The notes beneath the pieces were generated by a model. That model saw only the letters and a list, made by a program, of their open reading frames with translations, ran no database searches and was not told where the DNA came from. A stretch of DNA of 64,000 bases from an uncultured Gammaproteobacteria bacterium (GTDB lineage Bacteria > Pseudomonadota > Gammaproteobacteria > CAWCPV01). The stretch's first letter is position 1. Every line of letters starts with the position of its first letter. The translations under genes and the position numbers were made by a program. Positions 19,452 to 30,084 of this stretch are shown in pieces. The stretch covers positions 1 to 64,000 of the forward strand of contig CAWCPV010000008.1 of NCBI GenBank assembly GCA_963797555.1, given 5' to 3'.

Positions 19452-20399
19452 ATGACCAATGACGTGTTGATCTGCGTAGAGCATCTCTACCGCTACTATG
19501 GCGACCTGTGCGCCGTGCGGGGTTTGAGCTTCGAGGTTCGGCGCGGCGAGGTGGTGGGCTTCCTGGGGCCCAACGCAGCGGGCAAGACCACCACCATGCA
19601 AGTCATCAGCGGCAACCTGGCTCCAAGCGCCGGACGTGTGAGCGTGAACGGCTTCGACATTCTGGACGAGCCACAGAAGGCCAAGGCGGGTCTGGGCTAC
19701 CTCCCTGAGCAGCCCCCCCTTTACCGCGAGCTGACGGTGGATGAGTACCTGCGGTTCTGTGCACGCCTGAACCGGATCCTACCGTCGCAAGTATCCGCGG
19801 CCGTGGCCCGGGCGAAAGAGCGGTGCGCTTTGGAGCAGGTCGGGGGGCGCCTCATCGGCAACCTCTCCAAGGGCTTCCAGCAGCGTGTCGGCATCGCCCA
19901 GGCCATCATCCATACCCCGGACGTGGTGGTGCTCGACGAGCCCACCGTGGGGCTGGACCCTATCCAGATCCGCGAGATGCGAACGCTCATCCGGGACTTG
20001 GGTAAGGAGCACAGTGTGCTGCTCTCGTCCCACATCCTCCCCGAGGTCCAGGCGACCTGCGACCGGGTGCAGATCATCCACAGGGGTGAGCTGGCGCTGA
20101 GCGACAGCATCGAGGGCTTGGAGCGCCACATGCGCGCCTCGGCCCTGATCGCAGGCATGCGCAACCCACCCTCGGCGGGCGTCCTGCGGACCATTCCCGG
20201 TGTGCAGGAGGTCGAGCCAGCCGGCGAAGGGCGCTTCCGCTTACACTACAAGCCCGAGGACGATCCCGCGGAGACTTTGATTCGGCTCTCTGTGGAGCAG
20301 GGCTGGCGGCTTTACGAGCTGGCGCCGGAGCGGCGCTCTTTGGAGGAAGTGTTCATGGAGATCACCGAGGCCGAGCCCCGCCTGGCGGAGGCCGCGTGA
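19452..20399 (+). CDS. ABC transporter ATP-binding protein (GldA-like)
   Basis: Walker A GPNAAGKTT, signature LSKGFQQR, Walker B VVLDEPT, H-loop SSHIL. Confidence 0.92.
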   Translation: MTNDVLICVEHLYRYYGDLCAVRGLSFEVRRGEVVGFLGPNAAGKTTTMQVISGNLAPSAGRVSVNGFDILDEPQKAKAGLGYLPEQPPLYRELTVDEYLRFCARLNRILPSQVSAAVARAKERCALEQVGGRLIGNLSKGFQQRVGIAQAIIHTPDVVVLDEPTVGLDPIQIREMRTLIRDLGKEHSVLLSSHILPEVQATCDRVQIIHRGELALSDSIEGLERHMRASALIAGMRNPPSAGVLRTIPGVQEVEPAGEGRFRLHYKPEDDPAETLIRLSVEQGWRLYELAPERRSLEEVFMEITEAEPRLAEAA

Positions 20400-21151
20400 T
20401 CCGGCTGCTGGCATCACACGAGCTGCGGCGCCTTTTCCTATCGCCGCTCGCCTGGGCGATCCTCGCTGTGGTGATGCTCATCCTGGGGTACCTGTTCCTG
20501 GTCCAGGTGGACACCTTTCTGACCTACCAGTCCCAGTTGATGGCCGTGGAAGGGGCGCCGGGTGTCACCGAGGTGGTGGTGGCGCCGCTGCTCAGCAACG
20601 CCGCCATCGTCCTGCTGCTGGTGGTGCCCTTGCTCACCATGCGGCTCATCAGCGAGGAACGCCGCGGACAGACGCTCAGCCTCTTATTCTCTGCGCCGGT
20701 TTCCGTGACCGACATCGTCCTGGGAAAGTACCTTGGGGTGGTGGGATTCCTCGCGGTCGTGGTGGCCTTGATCGCGTGCATGCCCCTGTCCCTGCTGATG
20801 GGCGGGACGCTCGATCTGGGCATGGTAGCCTCCGGTTTCCTGGGGATCTCGCTGTTGCTGGCGAGCTTCGCGGCGCTGGGTCTGTTCATGTCCACGCAGA
20901 CCGTGCAGCCGGCCATCGCGGCGATCGGTACCTTTGGCTCCCTGTTGCTGTTGTGGATACTGGACTGGGCCGGTGCGACCGGCCGGGCGGGGGCGAGCGG
21001 ACTGTTCGCCTACCTCTCCCTGCTGCGACATTACGACCCCATGCTCAAAGGGGTATTCGACAGCGGCGATGTGCTCTACTACCTGCTCTTCATCCTTACC
21101 TTCGTTGTGCTGAGCATACGACGGCTGGACGCCGACCGGCTGCAACATTAG
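20396..21151 (+). CDS. ABC-2 permease (GldF-like)
   Basis: ELRRLFLSPLAW, PLLTMRLISEERR..TL.LL..P, IVLGKYL; 6 TM segments. Confidence 0.88.
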   Translation: MIRLLASHELRRLFLSPLAWAILAVVMLILGYLFLVQVDTFLTYQSQLMAVEGAPGVTEVVVAPLLSNAAIVLLLVVPLLTMRLISEERRGQTLSLLFSAPVSVTDIVLGKYLGVVGFLAVVVALIACMPLSLLMGGTLDLGMVASGFLGISLLLASFAALGLFMSTQTVQPAIAAIGTFGSLLLLWILDWAGATGRAGASGLFAYLSLLRHYDPMLKGVFDSGDVLYYLLFILTFVVLSIRRLDADRLQH

Positions 21152-21158
21152 GCTGCCC

Positions 21159-22607
21159 ATGGAAGTCACCCGCAAGACACGCCGCCAGGCGCGCCTCGAA
21201 CAGCTCCTGTTCGTCGCGCTTTTCCTGTCCGCCATCGGACTCCTCGCGTGGCTCGGTACCCGCTACCACTATCAGGCAGATTGGACGGCAGGGGCGCGCA
21301 ACACCCTGTCGGAAGCGAGCCAGACGCTGCTGAAGAAGCTGTCCGGGCCGGTGAACATCACCGCTTTTGCACGTGAGAACGAGCCGCTCCGGCGGCACAT
21401 CGCGGAGGTGATCGGGCGCTATCGGCGCTACAAGGACGACATCGCGCTGAAGTTCGTCAATCCGGACACGCAGCCGGACGAAGTGCGTCGCCTGGGCATC
21501 ACGGTGGACGGGGAGCTGGTTCTCGACTACCAGGGCCGCCAAGAGAAGGTCCAGGACGTCACGGAGCAGAGCCTGACCAATGGGCTCCAGAGGATCGCTC
21601 GGCGCGGGGAGCGGTGGCTGGCTGTGCTTCAGGGCCACGGCGAGCGCAGCCCTTCGGGCAACGCCCCCAGAGACCTGACGGTATTGGACCGGGAGCTGAA
21701 GAGCAAAGGGTTTCACGTACAGGCGCTCAACCTGGTGAATGACCCGAAGATTCCCGATAACACCACGGCCCTGGTGATTGCAAGTCCGGACGTGGACCTG
21801 TTGCCCGGAGAGGTGAAGCTCATCCAGCACTACATCGACAACGGGGGAAGTCTGCTGTGGCTGCAGGATCCGGGTAGCCTCCATGGGCTGCAGCCCATGG
21901 CGGAGAAGCTTGGCATACAGTTCATGCACGGCATCGTCGTCGACCCCGTGGCGGTCCAGCTCTTCGGGGCGGCCTTCGCGCTCGTGGGCGAGTACGGGTC
22001 CAGCCCGATCACGCGCGGGTTGAATGCGCTGACCCTGTTCCCCGAAGCCGCCGCCATGGAGCTCAAGCCTCCGCAAGGTTGGGATGGCTCCGCCTTCTTG
22101 GAGACGGCCGCACGCAGTTGGCTGGAGACCGGGCCGCTCAGTGGGGAGATCGCCTTTGACGCCGGCAAGGACGTAGCCGGCCCGCTCACCATCGGCATCA
22201 GCCTGCAGCGCGACGTTGAGCCGCGCGCTCCAGGCAAGCGATCGGAGAAGGACAAGGCCGGATCTGCCGGCTCGCCGCCGGCCGCCCGCAAGAAGGGCGA
22301 TGCCGACAAGGGGGGGGCCACCGGGAACACGCAGCGCAAACAACGCATCGTGGTGATGGGGGACGGGGACTTCTTGGCGGACGCCTATATCGGCAATGGC
22401 GCCAACCTCGCTCTCGCGCTCAACCTGTTCAACTGGCTGAGCCAGGATGACCGACTGATTGCGGTACCGCCCAAGACCGCTCCGGACCTTAGCCTGACGC
22501 TGTCGCGTCTGCAGATCGTGACCATCGGGGCTGGGTTCCTGCTGGTTCTTCCCCTGCTTCTGGGGGGCAACGGTTTGCTGCTGTGGCTGCGGCGTCGGAG
22601 GCGGTGA
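21159..22607 (+). CDS. GldG-family ABC auxiliary protein
   Basis: DWTAGARNTLSEAS..LL, GHGER, RIVVMGDGDF, N..LALNLFNWL, C-terminal TM followed by RRRRR. Confidence 0.85.
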   Translation: MEVTRKTRRQARLEQLLFVALFLSAIGLLAWLGTRYHYQADWTAGARNTLSEASQTLLKKLSGPVNITAFARENEPLRRHIAEVIGRYRRYKDDIALKFVNPDTQPDEVRRLGITVDGELVLDYQGRQEKVQDVTEQSLTNGLQRIARRGERWLAVLQGHGERSPSGNAPRDLTVLDRELKSKGFHVQALNLVNDPKIPDNTTALVIASPDVDLLPGEVKLIQHYIDNGGSLLWLQDPGSLHGLQPMAEKLGIQFMHGIVVDPVAVQLFGAAFALVGEYGSSPITRGLNALTLFPEAAAMELKPPQGWDGSAFLETAARSWLETGPLSGEIAFDAGKDVAGPLTIGISLQRDVEPRAPGKRSEKDKAGSAGSPPAARKKGDADKGGATGNTQRKQRIVVMGDGDFLADAYIGNGANLALALNLFNWLSQDDRLIAVPPKTAPDLSLTLSRLQIVTIGAGFLLVLPLLLGGNGLLLWLRRRRR

Positions 22608-22734
22608 CGGTGAGGTGCAGCGCGGAGTGCGGCGCGGAGTGCGGCGCGCTCGTCCGCAAGCCGTATCGTGTCTGGGGAGAGGGTTTGCGGCGCGGCCCCG
22701 CGCGGGCCTTCCGGCCCGGTGAAAAGGAAACGTA

Positions 22735-23649
22735 ATGCGCACCCGCACCCACCTCCTGATCGACCTCGCGCTGCTGTCCTTGGTGGTGGTGCTGGTCCTG
22801 ATCGCCTACTTTCAGCCGGGCATCGAGAAGCCCAAGCCTCTGCCCGTGTTGACTTCGTTGGAGCCCGATGCGGTACGCCGCATAGAGGTGGACTATCCGG
22901 GCCAAGAGCCGATCGTCCTGGTGAAGGAGAAGGACACGTGGCGGCTTACCCAGCCGCTGCACATGCCCGCCAACCGCTTTCGGGCCGAGACCTTGGCCGA
23001 CCTCGCGCAGGCGGGGAGCCTGGCGCAGTACCCTGTTGCCAAGCTCGATCTCGCCGCCTTGAAGCTCGACAAGCCCCTGCTGAAGGTCCATCTCAACGGG
23101 ACGGAAGTGGTCTTCGGGGACGCCGAGCCCTTGAGCGGGCGGCGCTATGCGCTGACGGACGGGACCGTGCACCTCATCACGGACCGGATCGCCGAGCTGC
23201 TGAACAGCGACGTTGCGGAGTATGTCAGCAATGCTCTTTTGCCGGAGGGTGCGCACCCCGCGGAGATCGACCTGCCACTGCTGGCCCAGGGGGGCGACGA
23301 CAAGCAACCCTTCGGGCCGCAGGTACAGTTGCGGTTTCAGGACAACCGCTGGACCATGGCAGGCGCCGGCAAGGAGGTCTCCCAAGATGTCCTGAACAGG
23401 CTGGTGGACGGATGGCGCTTCGCCAGCGCACTCGAGGTGAAGCGGGCGGACAAGGATCACCCAGTGCTGGGCAAGGCGACGCTGAAGCTCGAGGGGGAGC
23501 CGTCGCCGTTGGTCTTCGAGATCACCGCGGTCAAGCCGCAACCCACCCTGGTCCGCCCGGACGTTGGGCTGCAGTATGTGCTGTCGGAGCCGCTCGCGGA
23601 ACGCCTGTTCCAGCTAAAGCCCCCCCCCAAGACCGCCACCCACAAATAA
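22735..23649 (+). CDS. DUF4340-like membrane-anchored protein
   Basis: N-terminal TM, two repeats of W.L..P-type modules; usual fourth gene of GldAFG-like operons. Confidence 0.7.
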   Translation: MRTRTHLLIDLALLSLVVVLVLIAYFQPGIEKPKPLPVLTSLEPDAVRRIEVDYPGQEPIVLVKEKDTWRLTQPLHMPANRFRAETLADLAQAGSLAQYPVAKLDLAALKLDKPLLKVHLNGTEVVFGDAEPLSGRRYALTDGTVHLITDRIAELLNSDVAEYVSNALLPEGAHPAEIDLPLLAQGGDDKQPFGPQVQLRFQDNRWTMAGAGKEVSQDVLNRLVDGWRFASALEVKRADKDHPVLGKATLKLEGEPSPLVFEITAVKPQPTLVRPDVGLQYVLSEPLAERLFQLKPPPKTATHK

Positions 23650-24464
23650 TGCCCGAACTGCCGGAGGTGGAGACCATCCGGCGCGGTCTCGGAGCCCATC
23701 TCTTGGGGCGGTCGGTGAGCGCCGTCGTGGTCCGGGACGCGCGCCTGCGCTGGCCGGTAGCGCCGGATCTGGCGACGAGCCTGGTCGGGCAGACCGTATG
23801 TGGCGTGGAGCGACGCGCCAAATACTTGCTCCTGCGCTTCGGCACCGGTACCCTGATTCTCCACATGGGCATGTCCGGGAGTCTGATACTGCAGTCGGGT
23901 GGCCAGCCGCCGGAGCGTCATGACCACTTGGATCTGGAGTTCGCAACGGACCTGCGTCTGCGTCTGCGGGACCCGCGGCGTTTCGGCTGCGTCCTCTGGA
24001 CCGAGGACGACCCGCAGACGCACCCGCTGCTGTCTGGATTGGGTGCAGAGCCATTCGATGCGGTGTTCGGGGGCGATTACCTGTATCAGCGGGCGCGCGG
24101 GCGCAAGGTGGCGGTCAAGCTCCTGCTGATGGATGCCCGCGTCGTAGCCGGTATCGGCAACATCTACGCCAACGAGGCACTGTTCGTCGCGCGCATCCAT
24201 CCGGGACGCCGCGCCTCGCGGGTGGGACGCATGCGCTATCGGCGCCTCGGTGAAGCGATCCAGCGTGTTCTCAGCGAGGCGATCGCGCAGGGTGGTACGA
24301 CGCTGCGCGACTACCGGGACAGTGCCGGCCGCCCCGGGTACTTCGAACAGCGGCTCAATGTATATGGCCGCGAAGGGCTCCCTTGCACGGCGTGTGGCCG
24401 CCCCGTCCGCAAGGTGCGCCAGGGCCAGCGCTCCAGCTATTACTGTCCAGCGTGCCAGCACTGA
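23649..24464 (+). CDS. mutM: Formamidopyrimidine-DNA glycosylase
   Basis: MPELPEVET, RRAKYLL, HMGMSG, GIGNIYANE, C-terminal zinc finger CTAC...YCPACQ. Confidence 0.97.
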   Translation: MPELPEVETIRRGLGAHLLGRSVSAVVVRDARLRWPVAPDLATSLVGQTVCGVERRAKYLLLRFGTGTLILHMGMSGSLILQSGGQPPERHDHLDLEFATDLRLRLRDPRRFGCVLWTEDDPQTHPLLSGLGAEPFDAVFGGDYLYQRARGRKVAVKLLLMDARVVAGIGNIYANEALFVARIHPGRRASRVGRMRYRRLGEAIQRVLSEAIAQGGTTLRDYRDSAGRPGYFEQRLNVYGREGLPCTACGRPVRKVRQGQRSSYYCPACQH

Positions 24465-24528
24465 GGCGCAGAGTCCCGAGGATCGTCTTTCCGTCAGCGG
24501 CCGCCGGCGAGCCGGGGGAGCGCCGGGC

Positions 24529-25878
24529 GTGAAGCGGACGTTCGCGGTTATTGTCCTGGTGGCGGCTGCCGTGGTGTCGTTCGTGCCATACGTCATGGGA
24601 GTGCACGCGCAAGCCACCTACCTGGCCTTGCTGGCGCGCGTGACCCAGCAAGCTGCAGACGTGCGGCTGGTGCCGGAGAGCTACCAGCGGGGATGGCTCA
24701 GCTCGCGTGCGGATATGCGCGTGGAGATCCCGCCCGGGACCCCTGTGCTGTGGCTGCACCATCGCATCATGCACGGACCGATGCCCTGGGACAGACTACG
24801 CGCCGGCGAGATCAGGCCGGTGCAGGCGGTCATCGACACGCAGATCACCACGGCCGCGGCAGGAAAGGGATTTTCGCCGCTTGCAGCGCGCACCGTGCTC
24901 GCTCTCGATGGGAGCGGCCTCACAGAACTCGGCGCTCCGGCCTATCAGGTCCAGGCGCCCGGAAAGGGCAAATCAACGGTCCACTGGGAGGGCCTGCACG
25001 GCAGTATTCGTTTTCCTCGGGATCTGCTGCGCATCGACGGCGCCGTGGAGGCTCCTGGCCTGCGCGTGAGCAGCGCAGACAGCCACTGGTCCGTGATAGA
25101 CCTGAAGTTTCGCTTGGATCTGCACCAGGGTCTGGAAGGGCTGACGCTGGGGGAAGTCAGCGCGTCCATCTCCAGCCTCGCCTACCAGCCCGAGGGCAAC
25201 GAAGCGCCACCTGTGCACCTGGCAGGCTGGTGTCTGCGAACGGGATCCAAGGCTCAGGGTTCACAGGTGGCTGTGGACTTGGAGGTCCGCGTCGAAGGCG
25301 TCGACCTGGGCGACACTCACTATGGTCCCGCATCCCTGGCCGCGGCATTGTCGCGCCTGGATGCCCCGACGCTGGGACGTCTGCGCCGCGAGATGCGCGC
25401 CCTGGAGCGCGAAGGCTTGACCGACAAGGAGGCCCGCCTGGGAGCCACATTCCGACTCATGGAACTCCTGCCCCGGCTGCTTGCGGTGGGCCCGGAGTTC
25501 GACCTCAGACTCGTCGGAGCCACCCCAGCGGGGACACTGCGCGGGACCGCAGTGGTGCGGATCGATCCCGGCCCCGAAGAGTTGCCGGTGTTTTCCAGCG
25601 GTTGGCTCACACGGCTGCAGGCGAACGTGGACGTGCAGCTTCCGGCTTCGTTGGTGAACGCTATCCTGCAGGAGAGAGATGAGTCCGCGGCCCGGGGCGA
25701 GGGGAACACGCCGCTGCAGAACGAGTCGGAAGCGGGACGCAAGCAGTTGCGGACGCTGCGGGACCGGGGGTACCTCCTGGAGCAGGACGGCGAGTACGTA
25801 TTCCGGCTGCGCTATCAGGATCGCCGGCTGACATTGAACGGCCGGCCTTTCAGCTTCTCCCTGCTGTCCGCCTCATAG
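24529..25878 (+). CDS. YdgA/DUF945 family protein
   Basis: N-terminal TM, YQRGWLSS, I.HGP.P, C-terminal LTLNGRP. Confidence 0.8.
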   Translation: MKRTFAVIVLVAAAVVSFVPYVMGVHAQATYLALLARVTQQAADVRLVPESYQRGWLSSRADMRVEIPPGTPVLWLHHRIMHGPMPWDRLRAGEIRPVQAVIDTQITTAAAGKGFSPLAARTVLALDGSGLTELGAPAYQVQAPGKGKSTVHWEGLHGSIRFPRDLLRIDGAVEAPGLRVSSADSHWSVIDLKFRLDLHQGLEGLTLGEVSASISSLAYQPEGNEAPPVHLAGWCLRTGSKAQGSQVAVDLEVRVEGVDLGDTHYGPASLAAALSRLDAPTLGRLRREMRALEREGLTDKEARLGATFRLMELLPRLLAVGPEFDLRLVGATPAGTLRGTAVVRIDPGPEELPVFSSGWLTRLQANVDVQLPASLVNAILQERDESAARGEGNTPLQNESEAGRKQLRTLRDRGYLLEQDGEYVFRLRYQDRRLTLNGRPFSFSLLSAS

Positions 25879-26059
25879 AAAGGGCGGTTTGCGGCCAGGC
25901 GTCCGGGACGACAGTAACCGCCGGGCCGGCGTGCGGTAGAGGGTAGGGCGGATAAGGCGCGAAGTCGCCTAGGCGAGGGATAGTAGGGCGCCCGGCGCCC
26001 GGCGGTCGTCGTGGCAGCTTTCGCACGGATGCGCAGCTCAGCCGCAGCGTCGGGCACGG

Positions 26060-27349
26060 CTAAGCTCTGCCAGAGCGGGATCGCACCAAGGTCAGGAACA
26101 CCGAGTCCTGACCGGCGGCTATCGCCACCCAGTCCGCAGTCACGACGGCCAGCATGCCGGGCAGGATGACGTGCGGGTCATCGGTAAGCTCCAACAGAGC
26201 GGTCAGGGCGGCCAGAGGGGCCTGCAGCACCGCACCCATCATCGCCGCCATGCCTACCATCGCGACCAGCACCGCCGGCAGCCCGGGATCGGGCCAGAGC
26301 CCCGCCGCGAGGTGACCCATGGCGCCGCCGCAGGCCGCTCCGAGCACCAGAGTGCCCCCGATCAAGCCGCCCGGGAGCCCCACGCCCACGGCGGTGGCCG
26401 TGGCCAGTACCTTGGCCAGGACGATGCCGACGAGCAACAGGAGCCCCACTTGATCGGTGAGGATGCGCTGGACCGTGTCGTAGCTGATACCCATGATCTC
26501 CGGCACCCATTGTGCGCACAGCCCTGTCAGGGCACCCGCGAACACGAAGCGAGCCCTGACCTCCCAGGTAGCGGTCAGCCTGCTCATCCGCTCCACCATG
26601 GACACGAACGACGCCGCCACGAGGCCGGTCACCACGCCCAAGGGAACGGCGAAGAAGACGGCGGATAGCGAGTACTGGCCGATGGAGGGGATCGCGAAGG
26701 CGGGCTCGGGGCCGTAAAAGCTGCGTCCTATCACCGCGCCGATGACCGAGGCCAGGATCACGGGGCTGATGGACACCACCGTGTACTCCATGGTGACGAC
26801 CTCCAGGGCGAAGACGACGCCAGCCAGCGGGGTGTTGAAGGCGACCGCGATGGAGGCGGCTGTGCCGCAGGCGATGAGCGGGCGCAGCGTGGCATCCGAA
26901 TAGCCCAAGCGCTGGCCGAGGAGGCTGCCGACGGCGCCCCCGAGGTGCACGCCCGGTCCTTCGCGATCCACCGACTGTCCCGTCACGATGGCCAGTACGC
27001 CGCCGATGAATTGCACCACGGCGTTGGGCAGGGGCAGGCGGCCCCCGTGGTAGACGAGGCGGTCGAGGACATGCACGACGCCGACTTGGCGCCTGTCCGA
27101 GTCCAGGTGGCGGAACCACGTCCCCAGCAGCATGGCCCCGGCGACAGGGAGGATCAGCCGGGTCGCGTGGTGCAGGGCCTCGTAGTTGCCGACCTTCCCT
27201 CCGGGGAGGAAGGCGCTCTGGGCCGTGTCGCTCAGCCAACGAAACGCCAGGACCACGCCTCCCGCGATCAGCCCTGTGAGCACTGCCAGCCCCAACAGCA
27301 GAGCCTGGCGTGCGGCGGCCGGCGGGAGCCAACGGCCCAGCGCCGTCAC
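26060..27349 (-). CDS. CLC-family chloride channel/antiporter (no CBS domains)
   Basis: [40 protein letters not shown]. Confidence 0.88.
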   Translation of the reverse strand: MTALGRWLPPAAARQALLLGLAVLTGLIAGGVVLAFRWLSDTAQSAFLPGGKVGNYEALHHATRLILPVAGAMLLGTWFRHLDSDRRQVGVVHVLDRLVYHGGRLPLPNAVVQFIGGVLAIVTGQSVDREGPGVHLGGAVGSLLGQRLGYSDATLRPLIACGTAASIAVAFNTPLAGVVFALEVVTMEYTVVSISPVILASVIGAVIGRSFYGPEPAFAIPSIGQYSLSAVFFAVPLGVVTGLVAASFVSMVERMSRLTATWEVRARFVFAGALTGLCAQWVPEIMGISYDTVQRILTDQVGLLLLVGIVLAKVLATATAVGVGLPGGLIGGTLVLGAACGGAMGHLAAGLWPDPGLPAVLVAMVGMAAMMGAVLQAPLAALTALLELTDDPHVILPGMLAVVTADWVAIAAGQDSVFLTLVRSRSGRA

Positions 27350-28293
27350 ACGTGCCCGCTGGCCTGCCGGTCTGCGTGGTACGAAGAGCGCACCAGCGGG
27401 CCGCTGGCGACGCTGCTGAAGCCCAGGTCGCGGGCGGCGTCCCCGAGCCTCGCGAACTCCTCGGGTGCGATGTACCGAGCGACGGGAAGGTGGTGTCGGG
27501 TGGGCTGCAGGTATTGCCCGAGGGTCAGCATCATGCAGCCGTGCGCCCGCATGTCCCGCAGCACCTGCTCCACTTCGTGCAGCTCTTCCCCCAGTCCCAG
27601 CATGAGGCCGGACTTGGTAGGCACGTGAGGATGCACCTGCGCGAAACGTTGCAGAAGTTCCAGGGAGCGCGCGTAGTCGGCGCCCGGCCGGACTCGACGA
27701 TAGAGTCTCGGCACGGTCTCCAGATTGTGATTGAAGACGTCGGCCGGCGCCTCGGCAAGTTGCCCGAGGGCTATCTCCATGCGGCCGCGGAAGTCTGGCA
27801 CCAGTATCTCGATGCGCGTTGCCGGAGTGTGCCGCCGCACCGCTCGCACGCAGGCTGCGAAATGCGCGGCACCGCCGTCGCGCAGGTCGTCCCGGTCGAC
27901 CGACGTGATCACCACGTACTGCAGGCCGAGGCTGGCAATCGCCTGGGCCAAGTGCTCCGGCTCATCCGCGTCGAGCGGCGCGGGCCGCCCGTGGGCGACG
28001 TCACAGAACGGACACCGCCGGGTGCAGATGTCACCCATGATCATGAAGGTCGCGGTGCCCCCGCCGAAGCACTCACCGATGTTGGGGCAGGACGCCTCCT
28101 CACACACGGTGTGCAGATTGTGCTGACGGAGCACCGCCTTGACCCGCAGGAACTCCGGGCTTCCGGGGGCGCGCACCCTTATCCAGGACGGCTTGCGCAG
28201 AGGCGGATCGCCGACGGAGACCTTGATGGGATTGCGCGCCACCTTGGCCGCGCCCCTTTCTCGGAGGGGCAACGCCTCGCGCTCTATGGCCAC
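27346..28293 (-). CDS. lipA: Lipoyl synthase
   Basis: [34 protein letters not shown]. Confidence 0.97.
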   Translation of the reverse strand: MAIEREALPLRERGAAKVARNPIKVSVGDPPLRKPSWIRVRAPGSPEFLRVKAVLRQHNLHTVCEEASCPNIGECFGGGTATFMIMGDICTRRCPFCDVAHGRPAPLDADEPEHLAQAIASLGLQYVVITSVDRDDLRDGGAAHFAACVRAVRRHTPATRIEILVPDFRGRMEIALGQLAEAPADVFNHNLETVPRLYRRVRPGADYARSLELLQRFAQVHPHVPTKSGLMLGLGEELHEVEQVLRDMRAHGCMMLTLGQYLQPTRHHLPVARYIAPEEFARLGDAARDLGFSSVASGPLVRSSYHADRQASGHV

Positions 28294-28913
28294 TCGTAGT
28301 CCACCTTCATCAGTTGTGCGAGCTCCTGGACCAGCCTCCGACCGACCTCTCGGAGGTCCGTCGGGCCGCCGCAGTCGGCGAGCTGCGTCACTTCCAGGCC
28401 GGGCTGCCCGCAGGGGTGAATGCGTCGGAAGGCGCTCAGGTCCATGGCGACGTTCAGGCTCAGTCCATGGTAGCATCGACCCCGCCGCACGCGCAGACCG
28501 AGGGAGGCGAGCTTCCGGCCCGAGACGTAGACCCCGGGCGCGTCCGCCCGCGCGTCCGCCCAGATGGACCATGCAGCGAGCAGCCTCACTACGGACTGCT
28601 CGAGGCAGCGCACCAGCTCGCGTATTCCCAGCTCGAGCCGGTGCAGGTCGAGCAGGACGTAGCATAGTAGCTGTCCGGGACCGTGGTAGGTGACCTGGCC
28701 ACCGCGGTCGACGCGCAGGACCGGAATGTCGCCGGCGTCCAGGATCTGTGTCGGGGTGCCGCGCACGCCGAGGGTGAAGACGCCGGGGTGCTCGGTCAGC
28801 CAGATCTCGTCCGGGGTTGCTGGTGTGCGCGTATCGGTGAAGGTGCGCATGGCTTGCCAGGTCTCCGCATAATCCCGCAGACCCAGGTCGCGGACCTGCA
28901 CGCGTGGGAGCAT
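28284..28913 (-). CDS. lipB: Lipoyl(octanoyl) transferase
   Basis: [38 protein letters not shown]. Confidence 0.96.
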   Translation of the reverse strand: MLPRVQVRDLGLRDYAETWQAMRTFTDTRTPATPDEIWLTEHPGVFTLGVRGTPTQILDAGDIPVLRVDRGGQVTYHGPGQLLCYVLLDLHRLELGIRELVRCLEQSVVRLLAAWSIWADARADAPGVYVSGRKLASLGLRVRRGRCYHGLSLNVAMDLSAFRRIHPCGQPGLEVTQLADCGGPTDLREVGRRLVQELAQLMKVDYEWP

Positions 28914-28915
28914 GG

Positions 28916-29188
28916 CTAGAAGGCGAGCAGGATGCGCTCGCAGGCACTCAGCTCGTGATAGATAGCGTCGAGCTGTGCGCGGCTCGTCGCGCGGACGATG
29001 ACCGTGACCGCGAGGTAGGTGCCGTTCCGGCTGGGGCGGCAGCGGACCGCGCCCTCCGCCAAGTCCGAAGCGTGTCGGCGGACCAGGCCGACGACCAGCG
29101 CGTCGAAGTCCACATCGGCGCGGCCCAGCGCTTTGACCGGGAAGTCGCAGGGGAACTCCAGAGCGGACTCGGAGTCGCTTAGCGGCAT
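28916..29188 (-). CDS. ybeD: YbeD/DUF493 family protein
   Basis: [26 protein letters not shown]; conserved position upstream of lipB. Confidence 0.9.
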   Translation of the reverse strand: MPLSDSESALEFPCDFPVKALGRADVDFDALVVGLVRRHASDLAEGAVRCRPSRNGTYLAVTVIVRATSRAQLDAIYHELSACERILLAF

Positions 29189-29205
29189 GTCCGGGTCACT
29201 GGCCT

Positions 29206-30081
29206 TCAGTCGCCCCCGGCCAGAGCTGGCGGAATTCGGCGCAAGTCGTCCTTGTAAGCCTGGTACAGGTCGTGCATCTCGGTCCACAGCGGGCCCGGGC
29301 GCCCGTTGCCCACAGGCCGCCCGTCGAGGCGCGTGACCGGCAGGACCTCCTTGGTGGAGCTGGTGAGCCACAGCTCCTCGGCCGAGAGCAGCTCAGAGGC
29401 TGCAATGGTGGCCTCCTGACAGGGGATACCCTTGGCTGCTGCCAGCTCCACGACCAGGTCGCGGGTGATGCCCGGCAGCAGGGCGGGCCCTGGCGGGGGG
29501 GTGCGAAGAACGCCATCGCGCACGACGAACACGCTGCTGGCCGCGCCTTCCGTTACCTCCCCGCCCCGGATCAGGATGGCCTCGTAGGCTCCCGCGTCGA
29601 TCGCCTGCTGGCGCAGCAGCACGTTGGCGAGCAGGGAGGTGGCCTTGATGTGGCAGTGCTTCCAGCGGATGTCCTCGGCGGTCACGGCCGCCACCCCCTG
29701 CTCCCGAACGGCCGGGGGCAACGGGGCGAGCGGATTGCTCATCGCGAATACGGTGGGCACGACGCGGGCCGGAAAGGCGTGGTCACGGGGCCCGGTACCA
29801 CGGGTTATCTGCAGATAGATGGACTGGTCGCCCCCGCCGTTGTGCTCCACGAGCTGCTGCAGGGCTCCGGTCCAAGTCGCGCGGGGGAGCGGGTTTTGCA
29901 GGCGGATCGCCGCGAGGCTGGCATCCAGCCGATCCAGGTGCTGGGCCACGCGGAACGGGCGCCCTGCATAGACGGGAATGACCTCGTAGATACCGTCGCC
30001 GAACAGGAAGCCCCGATCGAGCACCGACACGAAGGCCCGTTCCTGGGGAAGGAACGCCCCATTCAGGTAAACGACGGGCAC
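29206..30081 (-). CDS. dat: D-amino acid aminotransferase (class IV PLP enzyme)
   Basis: VSVLDRGFLFGDGIYEV, YLQITRG, DIRW..CHIK...LLAN, EGA.S, LPGITR. Confidence 0.85.
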   Translation of the reverse strand: MPVVYLNGAFLPQERAFVSVLDRGFLFGDGIYEVIPVYAGRPFRVAQHLDRLDASLAAIRLQNPLPRATWTGALQQLVEHNGGGDQSIYLQITRGTGPRDHAFPARVVPTVFAMSNPLAPLPPAVREQGVAAVTAEDIRWKHCHIKATSLLANVLLRQQAIDAGAYEAILIRGGEVTEGAASSVFVVRDGVLRTPPPGPALLPGITRDLVVELAAAKGIPCQEATIAASELLSAEELWLTSSTKEVLPVTRLDGRPVGNGRPGPLWTEMHDLYQAYKDDLRRIPPALAGGD

Positions 30082-30084
30082 GGG

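Noticed and set aside
22616-22650. 12-bp tandem repeat GCGCGGAGTGCG between gldG-like and DUF4340-like genes
   Set aside because: About three GC-rich copies, likely slippage; no evidence of function.
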